Shown here: in pieces, positions 27,863 through 40,829 of the stretch
How the letters are laid out: every line of letters starts with the position of its first letter
How positions within the stretch are numbered: position 1 is the first letter of the stretch
Assembly: GCA_951406725.2 (NCBI GenBank)
Contig: OX597814.1
Location: forward strand, 193,316,001 to 193,380,000
Reading direction: 5' to 3'
Length of the DNA stretch: 64,000 nucleotides
From: Octopus vulgaris
Lineage: Eukaryota
Notes under the pieces: generated by a model
What the model was told of the DNA's origin: nothing
Database searches by the model: none
Seen by the model: the letters and a program-made list of their open reading frames with translations, nothing else
Program-made: the position numbers and the translations under genes

Positions 27863-27945
<83 letters not shown>

Positions 27946-27946
27946 T

Positions 27947-28529
27947 GTTTCTTTATTAGCCACACAGGGCTGCACACAGACAGGACAAAATTACAAGGTA
28001 GAGCTTTTCTTTTGGGGGTAAAAGAAGGGGGTTTGGTTTTCAATCAAAAGGGATCGTAAATGGAAAGAAAGAGGACAAAAAAGGGGGGATAAAATAAAAT
28101 TTAAAAAAAGAAATTTTTTTAAAAGAGCTATTTTTATCATACTTGTGGCTATGGCGAAAGAATGTATCTGGTGGACGCGCCTGAAAGGATTAGAGACAAA
28201 CACTTTCCTCTCTGGCCAATCTCTCATCAACTTCTTCAAGTATCACTTGAAGAGGAAAGTGAGAGTAGAGAGGCAAGTTTTGTCTAGTGAATGTTTTAAA
28301 AAAAGATGGGTGAATGTAGCAAGGATGGCACGTATGAATGACGAAGCCACCTTGACTATGATTCTATGAACCGTAAAAATTAATACAGAGTTGCTTATTT
28401 GCAAAAAAAAAAAAGAAATATAACATGTGACTTCATTGACCGAGGTTACCGTGGTCTTTTCCGTAGGCTTTTCTTTCCACGGGTAAACCTCACCTTCCTC
28501 CCCTTTACACTTCATATTGACATTTCTGT

Positions 28530-28530
<1 letters not shown>
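27947..28530. mobile_element. Tx1/L1-like LINE 3' fragment within (GATA)n
   Basis: ORF 28145-28369 (AKECIWW.R...FFKYHL..KVRVER..LS...F.KRW) resembles an L1/Tx1 ORF2 C-terminus; AATAAA-containing 3' end on minus; flanked by GATA arrays. Confidence 0.6.
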
Positions 28531-28610
<80 letters not shown>

Positions 28611-28704
28611 TTTTAAAGTAACAAGAAAATGCTAAGCGATTGAAGGGAGGTAACTCATAAACTACATCTATATTATACATTATTTGTCATAAATATCTGC
28701 CACT

Positions 28705-28776
28705 GGGGATATAGCTCAGTGGTAGAGCATTCGACTGCAGATCGAGAGGTCCCCGGTTCAATCCCGGGTGTCCCCT
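28705..28776 (+). tRNA. trnC-GCA: tRNA-Cys(GCA)
   Basis: 72-nt cloverleaf: acceptor GGGGATA/TGTCCCC, D arm GCTC/GAGC, anticodon loop CTGCAGA, T loop TTCAATC; oligo-T terminator just downstream. Confidence 0.97.
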
Positions 28777-29878
28777 TTCATTTTTTTCCTTCGTTTTTTG
28801 GAATTTTTACTTGGCTATTTTTGGCCGTGGCATTTTCGTCGTTTGCCAAATTTAGGTTAGACCTATGGACTCTGATACCGATGGATTATTCACCGTTTCT
28901 GAATGTCTCCCTTTGTTTAGTTTATTTCCAGTACGTAGTGTTTTATCTCTTTGCTGTCATGTTTAAGTTCAAATTCCGCCGAGGTTGACTTTGCCTTTCA
29001 TCCTTTCGGGGTCGATTAAATAAGTACCAGTTACGCACTGGGGTCGATGTAATCAACTTAATCCCTTTGTCAGTCTTTGTTTGTCCCCTCTATGTTTAGC
29101 CCCTCGTGGGCAATAAAGAAATAAGAAACGTTAGCCCACCGGGCGAAATGCTTAGCGGTATTTCGTCTGCAGCTACGTTCTGAGGTCAAATTCCACCGAG
29201 GTCGACTTTGCCTTTCGTCCTTTCGGGGTCGATTAATTAAGTACCTATTTTTTTTATTACCCACAAGGGGCTAAACATAGATGGGACAAACAAGGACAGA
29301 CATAGGTATTAAGTCGATTCCATCGACCCCAGTACGTAACTGGTACTTAATTTATCGACCCCGAAAGGATGAAAGGCAAAGTCGACCTCGGCGGAATTTG
29401 AACTCACAACGTAACGACAGACGAAATACGGCTACGCATTTCGCCCGGCGTGCTAACGTTTCTGCCAGCTCGCCGTCCTTATTAATTAAGTACCAGTTAC
29501 GCACTGGTGTCGATATAATCGACTTGATCCGTTTGTCTGTCCTTGTTTGTCCTCTCTGTGTTTAGCCCCTTGTGGGTAGTAAAGAAATAGATATTTCGCC
29601 CATCGCTACATTCTGAGTTCAAATTCCGCCGAGGTCGACTTTGCCTTTCATGTAGTCGGAAAGCAAGCTTCTTACCAAACAGCCACACTCGCGCCTATAC
29701 GCCTAGAATCCCAACGAAGTTTTTGCTAGACAGTTAATGGCTACCTGGCGAAAGAAACTTGGGGAATTCGTAGAGGAATTTTTCAGAGAATGGAGAAGCT
29801 AAACAAGGGTTGTACTTTCCCGGATTGTATCGTGGAGCGGTGTTGTTATGACGCAAGACACGGCGGGTTTATTACTAA

Positions 29879-30268
29879 CTAGCAGTATCGCCCAGCGTTG
29901 CTCGGGTTTGTAAGGGAAATAACTATAAAGCATTTTTAGAGAGTTATAGCCAAAAAATAGCAAAAAAATGCATTAAAATTGGAAAAAATATGATGGTAAA
30001 TTTTTTTTTAAATCGTTGACTCATCGTAGACATTTTTAGAGAGTTACTTCCCTTTAAAAAAATATGCATTAAAATGGAAGAAAATGATGGTAAATTATTT
30101 TTAAAATCGTAGACTCATCGTAGACGCGCGCTAATACCCAGAAGGGCTCGATATGAATCACGACTATAAGATACCCGGTTTTGGTTAAACTGCACCGCAA
30201 AATGTGGGAGTAGTTAGGAATCTAAATCGGAGTAGACAGACACACAACCTTACTTTCATATATAAAGA
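29879..30268 (-). mobile_element. Non-autonomous Helitron (same family as 10345)
   Basis: High identity to 10345-10746; CTAG plus hairpin end. Confidence 0.8.
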
Positions 30269-30378
30269 TATAACCTTGCCTGTAACGTCAGCGTCTCTTA
30301 GAAAACAAATCGTTGGACTTATAGACTGCTATTAACCAAGTCTCTGCAACAGACCTCTCTCAGCGCACTTATACTTTA

Positions 30379-30949
30379 TTGGGTTGTCTCGAAAGTTCGC
30401 GCCGATTTTTAAAGGAAAGAAAAAGGTCAATAAATACTTGCCATTACCTTTTAAATCAACCAAATATGAACCATTTTGTTGCACAATGCGTCTCCATCTT
30501 TCCTTCAACTTGAAAATACCCTCTTCCCAGAATTGTGGTGGTTTCATGGCAAAGAGTTCATCAAGGTATCTTTTTACGTCATCCAAGGAATTGAAATTTT
30601 TCCATTAAGACTATTCTGCAGAGACCTGGATAAGTGGAAATCCGAATCCGAAGGAGCAATATCTGGTGAATATGGAGGGTGGGATAACACATCCCAGCCG
30701 AGCTGCAGCAATTTTTGTCTGGTTCTCAAAGCATCAAGTGTCGAAAATGAACTTTCTTATCTTCCATTTTAAAGGGTTACAGAATTAACACAGGTTATAG
30801 GAACATAATCCTTCTTCCACGAAAAGGTAGTTTAAACTATGCTCTAAATGGAGGTGTAGTCAAATCCTATGTTATGGACTCAACCATGTTCTAAAATAAG
30901 TCGAAATGTAAGCTACTATAAATCAGCACGAACTTTCCGGACAACCCAA
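30379..30949 (-). mobile_element. Internally deleted mariner, same derivative as 15784
   Basis: Same TIRs, TA TSD and the same internal deletion junction. Confidence 0.9.
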
Positions 30950-33507
30950 TAGTATTGTGTATGCAAATCCAACGGCCCTAAGGACAGTTGTAATAAGCCT
31001 TGAACCACAGCTGGTCCTAAAAATTTCCATTTGCTCTTAAGAAACTAAATTATAGCTGCCATAGATAGTATGAAACTCTTTTACTCTTTACTTGTTTCAG
31101 TCATTTGACTGCGGCCACACTGGAGCACGGCCTTTATTTGAGCAAATTGACCCCAGGACTTATTCATTGTAAGCTTAGTACTTATTCTATCTGCCTCTTT
31201 TGCCGAACCGCTAAGTTACGGGGACGTAAATACACCACCATCGGTTGTCAAGCGATGTTGGGGAGACAAACACATACACACACATATATGCATATATACG
31301 ATGGGCTTCTTTCAGTTTCTGTCTACCAAATCGACTCACAAGGCTTTGGTCGGTCGGGGGCTATAGTAGAACACACTTGCCCAAGGTGCTACGCAGTGGG
31401 ACTGAACCCAGAACCATGTGGTTCTTACCACACAGCCACTCCTACGTCTATTTTTCTTTTGTGATTGCTCATACCATTCACAAGATAACTGTCTAGTATG
31501 CAAGACTACTTGCAATAATTGTTTCAAGACGAAATATTATTTTCATGCGTGCAAATCTAAGCTCATTTGTGATAGCAGATCATCTCACGCTGGGTTGCAT
31601 TAGGAGCATTATATGCCCTCTGAAAATTCAATATACAGGATCCTTGAGTATTTATTGATAGCTAGGTACAGCATTCATAGATGAGAATTGAGTCCCTAGA
31701 CCCGTAAGGCATTCGGGCAACTGCCTGGTGTGTCCACGACTTAAGACGGCACAACTCTCAGGTATTGGTCACACCTACTAAAGGTGTCTAAAGGACTCGT
31801 TTCAAGTTGTAACGTGTTTGATTGTAAATAGAAAACGTTATGGACCCTCTTGAATTTCTACAATGATAGTTACCTTGGAGAGAAAGTTTCATGGGAACGA
31901 AAATTAAAGGTTCTTCCACACATTTAATATATCACTAAGGTTCAGAAAATATTAACTAATAGCTCCAAGAACTATGTTGCTGTAGACATAACATTTGGCC
32001 TTAATCATTAGACATACGTTACCTATTTCTTTACTACCCACAAGGGGCTAAACACAGAGGAGACAAACAAGGACAGACACACGAATTAAGTCGATTATAT
32101 CGACCCCAATGCGTAACTGGTACTTATTTAATCAACCCCGAAAGGATAAAAGGCAAAGTCGACCTCGGCGGAATTTGAAACGTAGCGGCAGACGATATAC
32201 CTATTTCTTTACGACCCACAAAGAGCTACACACAGAGAGTACAAACAAGGACAGACAACGGATTAAGTCGATTACATCGAACCCAGTGCGTAACTGGTAC
32301 TTAATTTATCGACTCCGAAAGGACGAAAGGCAAAGTCGACCTCGGCGGAATTTGAACTCACAACGTAACGGCAGACGAAATACCGCTAAGCATTTCGCCC
32401 GGCGTGCTAAAGTTTCTGCCAGCTCCACGGTTGAAGAACCTGTGTTCGAACCTGATACTTGGTCAAGAATTTCAGCAACATCCGAGAGTGAAATTTGAAT
32501 ACGGAAAGAACTCTAAATTAACTCTAGATGATACTAAAGATTTCTGTATATTAACCATAGGAAAAAATAGACTTCTTTTTTTCCAAACTTATCTTCAAGC
32601 TTTGATTGGTGCCAAATTAAAACTCTATTGCAAAGATGTTTAGGATTGCCAATGAAAGTTTGTCATTTACTCACAGAAGACATAATTGAAAAGTGGTTAG
32701 GGCAGCGGACTCGCGATCGAGGGATCGTGGGTTCGAATCTCAGACCGGGCGATGTGTATATTTATGAGCGAAACACCTAAGCTCGACGCGGCTCCGGCAG
32801 AAGGTAATGGTGAACTTCTGCTGACTCTTTCGCCACAACATTCTCTCACTCTTTCCTCCTGCATCTTGCAGCTCTCCTGCGACGGACCGGCGTCCCGTCC
32901 AGGTGGGGAACCTATACGCCAAGAAAACCGGGAAACTGGCCCTTATGAGCCAGGCATGGCTTGAGAAGGACAAACAACAAACTCGTTTACCAAACCCTAA
33001 CAACAGATATAGATGAGAAAAGTCAGGTAAAATGTGGTTCGACAGTATTTGAGATCATTCTTTCCGAAGCAAGAAGAATGTAATATTACTAGCAGCGGCG
33101 TAAGTAATAGCGGAGCAAGAGGAGCTAGCTTCCCACCCACGAGCACAGTTTTCAAAATTGGCGCCTTTTCAACAAATTTTTAACTCTTTACTTACTTATA
33201 TTAGTAGTTGTATGAAAGTAATGTTTGTAGAATACAATTACATAAGTTATAACTAATAGAATATTTCGCGTAATATAAGAGAAATGAGTTTAAAAGTGTT
33301 TGGGATGTGTCACGGCGCCTTTTTTTTTTGTGTGTGTGTGTTCGCTTCACATAACTTTAGAACGAGTTTACGCCTCTGATTACTGTAAATTAATGTGTGG
33401 GAAGAGGGTTCTTTACTTACTAGCAGAAATGGTCAGGGCGACCATAGCAGGAAAGTAATGCTCATACAGCGCAATGATATTCTGTGACACAGAATACGTT
33501 GGGAAAG

Positions 33508-34881
33508 GCGGCGAGCTGGCAGAAACGTTAGCACGCCGGACGAAATGCTTAGCAGTATTTCGTCTGCCGCTACGTTCTGAGTTCAAATTCCGCCGAGGTC
33601 AACTTTGCCTTTTATCTTTTTTGGGGTCGATTAAATAAGTACCAGTTACGCACTGGGTCGATATAATCGAATTAATCCGTTTGTCTGTCCTTGTTTGTCC
33701 TCTCTATGTTTAGCCCCTTGTGTGTAGTAAAGAAATAGGTACGTATTTCGTCTGCCGTTACGTTCTGAGTTCAAATTCCGCCTAGGTCGACTTAGCCTTT
33801 CATCCTTTCGGGGTCGATTTAAATAAGTACCAATTACGCACTGGGGTCGATATAATCGAATTAATCCGTTTGTCTGTCCTTGTTTGTCCCCTCTATGTTT
33901 AGCCCCTTGTGAGCAATAAAGAAATAAGAAACGTTAGCACGCCGGGCGAAATGCTGAGCAGTATTTCGTCTGCCGCTACTTTCTGAGTTCAAATTCTGCG
34001 GAGGTCGACTTTGCCTTTCATCTTTTCGGGGTCGATTAAAAAAAGTACCAATTACGCACTGGTGTCGATATAATCGACTTAATCCGTTTGTCTGTCCTTG
34101 TTTTTCCCCTTTGCGTTTAGCCTCTTGTGGGTAGTAAAGAAATAGGTATTTCGTCTGCCATTACGTTCTGAGTTCAAATTCTGCCGAGGTCGACTTTGCC
34201 TTTCATCTTTTCGGGGTCGATTAAAAAAAGTACCAATTACGCACTGGTGTCGATATAATCGACTTAATCCGTTTGTCTGTCCTTGTTTTTCCCCTTTGTG
34301 TTTAGCCTCTTGTGGGTAGTAAAGAAATAGGTACGTATTTCGTCTGCCGTTACGTTCTGAGTTCAAATTCCGCCTAGGTCGACTTAGCCTTTCATCCTTT
34401 CGGGGTCGATTTAAATAAGTACCAACTACGCACTGGGGTCGATATAATCGAATTAATCCGTTTGTCTGTCCTTGTTTGTCCCCTCTATGTTTAGCCCCTT
34501 GTGAGCAATAAAGAAATAAGAAACGTTAGCACGCCGGGCGAAATGCTGAGCAGTATTTCGTCTGCCGCTACTTTCTGAGTTCAAATTCTGCGGAGGTCGA
34601 CTTTGCCTTTCATCTTTTCGGGGTCGATTAAATAAGTACCAGTTACGCACTGGGGTCGATATAATCGACTTAATCTGTTTGTCCCCTCCGTGTTTAGCCC
34701 CTTGTGGGTAGTAAAGAAATAGGCCTTTCGTCAGCCGTTACGTTCTAAGTTCAAATTCCGCCGAGGTCGACTTTGCCTTTCATCCTTTCGGGGTCGATAA
34801 ATTAAGTACCAGTTACGCACTGAGGTCGATATAATTGACTTAATCCTCTGTGTCTAGCCCCTTGTGGGCAATAAAGAAATA
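33508..34881 (+). mobile_element. SINE heptamer array
   Basis: Seven head-to-tail units; 17-bp duplication AGAATACGTTGGGAAAG at 33491-33507 and 34882-34898. Confidence 0.9.
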
Positions 34882-36293
34882 AGAATACGTTGGGAAAGTA
34901 TAAAACTAAAGATGCCGTGAAACTTGACTGTAATTATACAGTTGAAGTTGTATTACGCTTGGAAAACATCCACCAAGTTATTCGTGTGCATTACAATTAT
35001 AAACGAAAGCAAGATGATATAAATATATTTCTTTACTGCTCCACAAGGTGTTAAACATAGAGGGGACAAATAAGGACAGGCAAAGGGATTAAGTCGATTA
35101 TATCAACCCCAGTGCGTAACTGGTACTTATTTAATCGACCCTGAAAGGATGAAAGGCACAGTCGACCTCGGCGGAGAACGTAACGGCAGACGAAACACCG
35201 CAAAGCATTTCGCCCGGCGTGCTGACGTTTCTGGCAGATGATATAAATATGGCAACCGAAAAATCAAAGAGCGCTTTAGAGCAAAAAGCTCGTTTCGACG
35301 ACGAGTACAACAACGAAAGCAGCGGCCAAGGCAGTGATACCCGAAAATTGCATAAGGTCAACAACTTTAAATAAATGTAGAATGAGAGGTCCTCTTTGAG
35401 AATAGAAATTTATTTTCTAGTATTTCCGTATTTAATACCGGTTTCAAATATTGGCACAAGGGGAGATGGAAAGTCGATTACATCGATCCCCAGTACTCAT
35501 CTGGTACTTAGTTTACTAACCCTGAAAGTATGAAAGACAAAGTCGACCTCGGCGGAATTTTTCTATTCCATATCAGTATCTTTGTTATGCGATGAGGTGG
35601 ACGTACTGTTTGTATGCCGGGCAAAATGCTTAGCGGCATTTCGTCTGCGGCTACGTTCTGAGTTCAAATTCCGCCGAGGTCGACTTTACCTTTCATCGTT
35701 TCGGGGTCGACTTTGCCTTTCATCCTTTCGGGGTCGATTAAATAAGTACCAGTTACGCACTGGGGTCGATATAATAGACTTAATCCGTTTGTCTATCCTT
35801 GTTTGTCCCCTCTGTGTTTAGCCCCTTGTGGGTAGTAAAGAAATAGGTATTTCGTCTGTCGTTACGTTCTGAGTTCAAATTCCGCCGAGGTCGACTTTGC
35901 CTTTCATCCTTTCGGGGTCGATTAAATAAGTACCAGTTACGCACTGGGGTCGATGTAATCGACTTAATCCGTTTGTCTGTCCTTATTTGTCCCCTTTATG
36001 TTTAGCCCCTTGTGGATAGTAAAGAAATAGGTAATTCGTCCGTCTTTACATACTGAGTTCAAATTCCGCCGAAGACGACTGTGCCTTTCATCCATTCGCG
36101 ATCGATGAAATAAAGTACCAATCGAGCACTGGTGTCGATGTAAATGACTTACCCCTCCACAAAAAAAAAAAAAAAATTGCTGGCCTTGTGCCACAATGTG
36201 AAACCTGTACCAGTTTTTTTTTGTAAACACTAACCTTTTATTAAAGTATAAAGTACATCATTTTTTAAATAAATAGATAAATAGATAAGTAAG

Positions 36294-36340
<47 letters not shown>

Positions 36341-36661
36341 CACTGGGTGGTTGAGTGCAGCAACCACACTTGAACATCGACCAAGATTCCAAGACTTCTC
36401 TCCGAAATATTCGTCTTCTAACACACACAGAAAGAAGTCCAAAAATAGCTTCATATATTTTGGCAGTAGTTCTTGGATTGTGCCATCGATACCAGACTTT
36501 TAATCGAGGAGTAAAACTAGTTTGCTCTCTTTTTTTCTTTTTTCTTTTTTCCTTTTTTTTTTTTTGACACAGTATAATTATCAGATTCAGAGTAAAAGAA
36601 TTACATTCTTTGTTACACACACGCACACATTGCTAAACCTCGCTAAGATAAATATTTCAAT

Positions 36662-36730
36662 TACCTGAAGATTGACTGTAACCATAACTCGAATTATTAC
36701 GAATTGGACAGCCATGAAACGATCGTAGTG
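36662..36730 (+). ncRNA. Hammerhead-like motif with palindromic stem III loop
   Basis: TAC-CTGAAGA-stem II-GAAAC(GATC)GTA-GTG; second copy at 63128-63196. Confidence 0.6.
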
Positions 36731-36864
36731 TTTTACTCATTATCTTTTATTAAACTTTTAATACTTTTGATATATATTTAAAATATTATAAATTAATTAA
36801 TTTTATGTATTGGCTTATGTTTTTCATTGTTTGATTTGCCTAATAGTGGTTTTATTCTAATCTA

Positions 36865-36919
<55 letters not shown>

Positions 36920-36951
36920 AAATAAAATAAAAACATGATGCGAAGGATTCA

Positions 36952-37029
36952 GCGGTACATATGTTTCGGGCCTTTATTAGACAGATTTATAACAATGCAT
37001 AATGTATGTCTGTGGCCTTCTTCAGCCGC
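36952..37029 (-). ncRNA. Hammerhead ribozyme candidate with extended stem II
   Basis: Minus: GCGG-CTGAAGA-AGGCC...GGCCC-GAAAC(ATAT)GTA-CCGC. Confidence 0.65.
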
Positions 37030-37390
37030 GCACAACAGCTTCCACAAGTACTCACCCCGAATTTCTATATATATATATATATATATAAATACAAAATGGG
37101 ACAAAAACGCAAAACATTCAAATAGACGATACAAAAAACACGGACGGATCATTCGAAGCCTCTAATCTTCAGTCAAGAACCGGATCATCCTTGCAATTTC
37201 GGCTGATTAATCTTGAGATTGTTCCGATCTGGCCAATCCCAAGGAAAAACTAAGCTACGTGCATTAGATTTCTTGGAAAAAGGATCGAATGTATACGAAA
37301 CAAGGACAGAAAAACGGACGATGTTACACGAATATAAATACAAAAAAAAAAAAATAATAATAATAATAACAGGACATAACAACAGGCGTC

Positions 37391-37487
<97 letters not shown>

Positions 37488-37817
37488 TTAGAGAACAACC
37501 TTTTATCAATTCAACAATGAAATAACAATGATAAAATTAAATTATACCATATAGAAAAAATTAGATATGCAATAAAAACATATGGTATAATTTAATTATA
37601 TCATTGTTATTTCATTGTTGAATTGATAAAAAGTGGTTCTTCTCTAATTTATATACATATACTATATATTGTGAAATTTGATTTAGTATTACTTAATTGA
37701 AGTTTTCCCTGTAAGTTTGGAATAATATTTCCTAATATTTTTATTATATCACACAGTGCATGTGTGTATGTGAGAGTGTATAAGTGTGTGTGTGTGTGTG
37801 TGTGGATAGGGGCTATG

Positions 37818-37848
<31 letters not shown>

Positions 37849-37851
<3 letters not shown>

Positions 37852-38574
37852 AATTATAAGAGAGTTACCACTATGTGGATAGCTCTAGTGCTAAAAATAG
37901 CTCCGTTACTAGTATAGCCACAGAAAGATGTCTCCAAGAAGAAATAACATTACATTTAACGGAAGGAAAGTGAAATATAACGAAAAAATAGATTAACCCT
38001 GAACAATTGTTTCATTATTAATGTAATATGTAAATTTACTTACATAGACATCTATAAATCATCGGCAGAGGTTTGTCTTAAATACAATTTATTAGACCCT
38101 CACGAGCGTCAAATACACGTGTGTTTTAATCGATTGCATTTGTAGTTATGCCTCAAATTCCCCGCCAAAAGCATGCTAAGCCTCATTGGAAACGAATTCT
38201 GCATAAAATATTTACTGCAGCATAATTAAATTTATAAATTTATAAATGAGGGTGAAAAATTTGATATTAATTTAATAATACCATCAATTTAACACCAAGT
38301 GGCTTAGCACATAAAACTAGGGAGATAATACAAATTTATACATAAATTATAAGAGAGTTACCACTATGTGGATAGCTCTAGTGCTAAAAATAGCTCCGTT
38401 ACTAGTATAGCCACAGAAAAATGTCTCCAAGAAGAAATAACATTGCATTTAACGGAAGGAAAGTGAAATATAACGAAAAAATAGATTAACCCTGAACAAT
38501 TGTTTCATTATTAATGTAATATGTAATATGTAATTTTACTTACATAGATATCTATAAATCATCGGCAGAGGTTT
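37849..38574 (-). mobile_element. Penelope-like pLTR-type direct repeat pair
   Basis: ~226-bp direct repeats 37849-38074 and 38343-38574, each with CCGATGA...GAAAC(AATT)GTT hammerhead-like motif on minus; next to (TA)n. Confidence 0.6.
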
Positions 38575-38605
38575 ATGAAATATATGTATGTGTGTGTGTG
38601 TGCGT

Positions 38606-40003
38606 GCGCGCCGCACAAAAGTTTACAACACATTTCACTCAATTGAATAATTTTCCAGATTGATTTTTTTTTCCCAGAATATTTACGGTGTTCTAGAAGA
38701 TTCGGGAAGTTTCGCTGGTGAGCTTTTATAGCCATTGCATTAGTTCTGACAATATCACCGCAGAGTGAACATCATCATCATGGGTAAAACTGAACAAACT
38801 AGTCAAGACCTCCGTGTGCGTATTGTTGACCTTCATAAGAGTGGCAATGGGTCCACAGAGATCTCTGTACAGCTTAATGTACCCCTAAGTTCAGTCGGTA
38901 CGATAAAACGTATCTGGAAATCACGCAATTCCATTTTCCTTCTAGTCCACTCCGGTCGCCCACGTAAGTTAGCAGAGCGTACAACAAGAAAACTTGCAAG
39001 AACAGCTAATAATAGAGCGCAATCTACCCTCAAGGAACTGCAGAAAGGCCTTGATGCATGTGAAGTACATGTCAGCAAGGATACAATTAGTAGAACACCT
39101 CGTCATTATAATCTCTTTTCTCGTTCTCCAAGAAAGACCCTATTGCTTAAGAAACGTTATGTTAAGGTTGTTTGGCTTTTGCCAAAAAACAAAATATCTA
39201 AATAAACCGGCAACATATTGGGAAATCGCAGTTTGGTCTGACAAAATTAAGATTAAACTTTTCGGCAGAAATTCAATCGGCAAGATATGGAGAAAGAACG
39301 GCTCGAAATACGCACCAAAGAATATTATCTCTACAGTGAAATTCGGAGGCGGATCAGTAATGGTATGGGCTTGTTTTTGCTCATCAGGTGTTAAAAGAAT
39401 AGAAGTAATCGAAGGAACAATGGATGGTGGAAAATATAGGGGGATTTTAGAGATGATTGATACCTAGCGCTCGGTCCCTAAACTTGGAACAAGGATAGGT
39501 CTTTCAAGAAGATAACGGTTCAAAGCACACAGCAAAGCTGACCAAGAATTGGCTGTAAACAAATGGGATTAATGTTCTGGAATGGCCAGTCAATCTCCTG
39601 GCCTTAATTCAATCGAAAATTTGTGGAAAGAATTGAAATTCAGAGTTCAAAAGCGAAACTTACAATAATTGAAAAGAATTTATGTAGAAGAATGGGGAAA
39701 AATAAGCCCCACCACATGTAAAAAGTGTTTAGGAGACTATTCAAAGCGCATGCAAACTCTCATCATCAACAAGGGTTATGCAACTAAATGCTGATTTGAT
39801 TGCATAGACGTGTTGTAAGCGTTTGCGTTTTGAATTTCAACTTTTTTCCATATAAATTTTTTGCATTCATTATTATGTACGTAATTCTGATTGTTGCATT
39901 GAATTTATGAGAGAAAACTTCATCAATGGTAGAGATTTCATTAACCTGCTCAATATATATAAACTCGGACTTTTGATTGTGTGTTGTAAACTTTTGCGGG
40001 TCA

Positions 40004-40006
<3 letters not shown>
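38606..40006 (+). mobile_element. Near full-length Tc1 element with frameshifted DD34E transposase (38780-39794)
   Basis: HTH start (LRVRIVDLHKSG, SGRPRK), WSD, VKFGGGSVMVW, QEDN, SP.LN.IENLW; TIR CAAAAGTTTACAACAC, right end CACTG-TA. Confidence 0.92.
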
Positions 40007-40092
<86 letters not shown>

Positions 40093-40792
40093 GTGATTGT
40101 CGCGCGCTGACGACGGGTAAATACCTAGAAACCCGGGTCCGTGTGTATCACGTCAGGTCGACAATGGGAAGGATGGCTTTCCTTTGCAAATACTGATAGT
40201 GCACAGAAAGTGTGTCAATAACCAGCTGGAAAAGATGTTCTCCTGGGGCTACAAGCTACAGTACCTTCTACTCTTAGTGGTTAGCCACATTTAAGTGGCA
40301 AATATACTTCACATTGTGGTGCAGCTACTGTTTATGCCTCGTTCAGAGATTTATTATATGTATATATAAGCAATAATAAATCTCCGAGCGAGATATAAAC
40401 AGTAGCAGCACGACACAGTTAAGTATATTTCCCACCTAGGTGTGGCTAACCCTTAAGGGTACTGTAGCTTGTAGCCCCAGGAAGACATCTCCTCCAGATG
40501 GCTGTTGGCACACTATCTATGCAATGGGAAGTCATCGTTCCCATCTCCAGCCTGACTATCCGCAGACACAATAATACTGGCTACTCTGCATTGATAAAGG
40601 GCAAATGCCCTGAAACATATCTGCAGATGTCTGACCAGCAAGGGGAAGCGGCTGACCTCCCCTGTTCGAAGGTTATAATGGACACAGGTTCGTGTGTTAT
40701 ATAGCTAGCTAGAGGCGATGGCCTCTTGGAGCTAATCAGCAGCAGCTTTAGTCTTATATTTATGGACTACCATATTAGCTTGGCGATAACTA

Positions 40793-40829
<37 letters not shown>

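Noticed and set aside
32693-32750. tRNA-Arg-like sequence
   Set aside because: SINE head; no acceptor stem and continues into the SINE body
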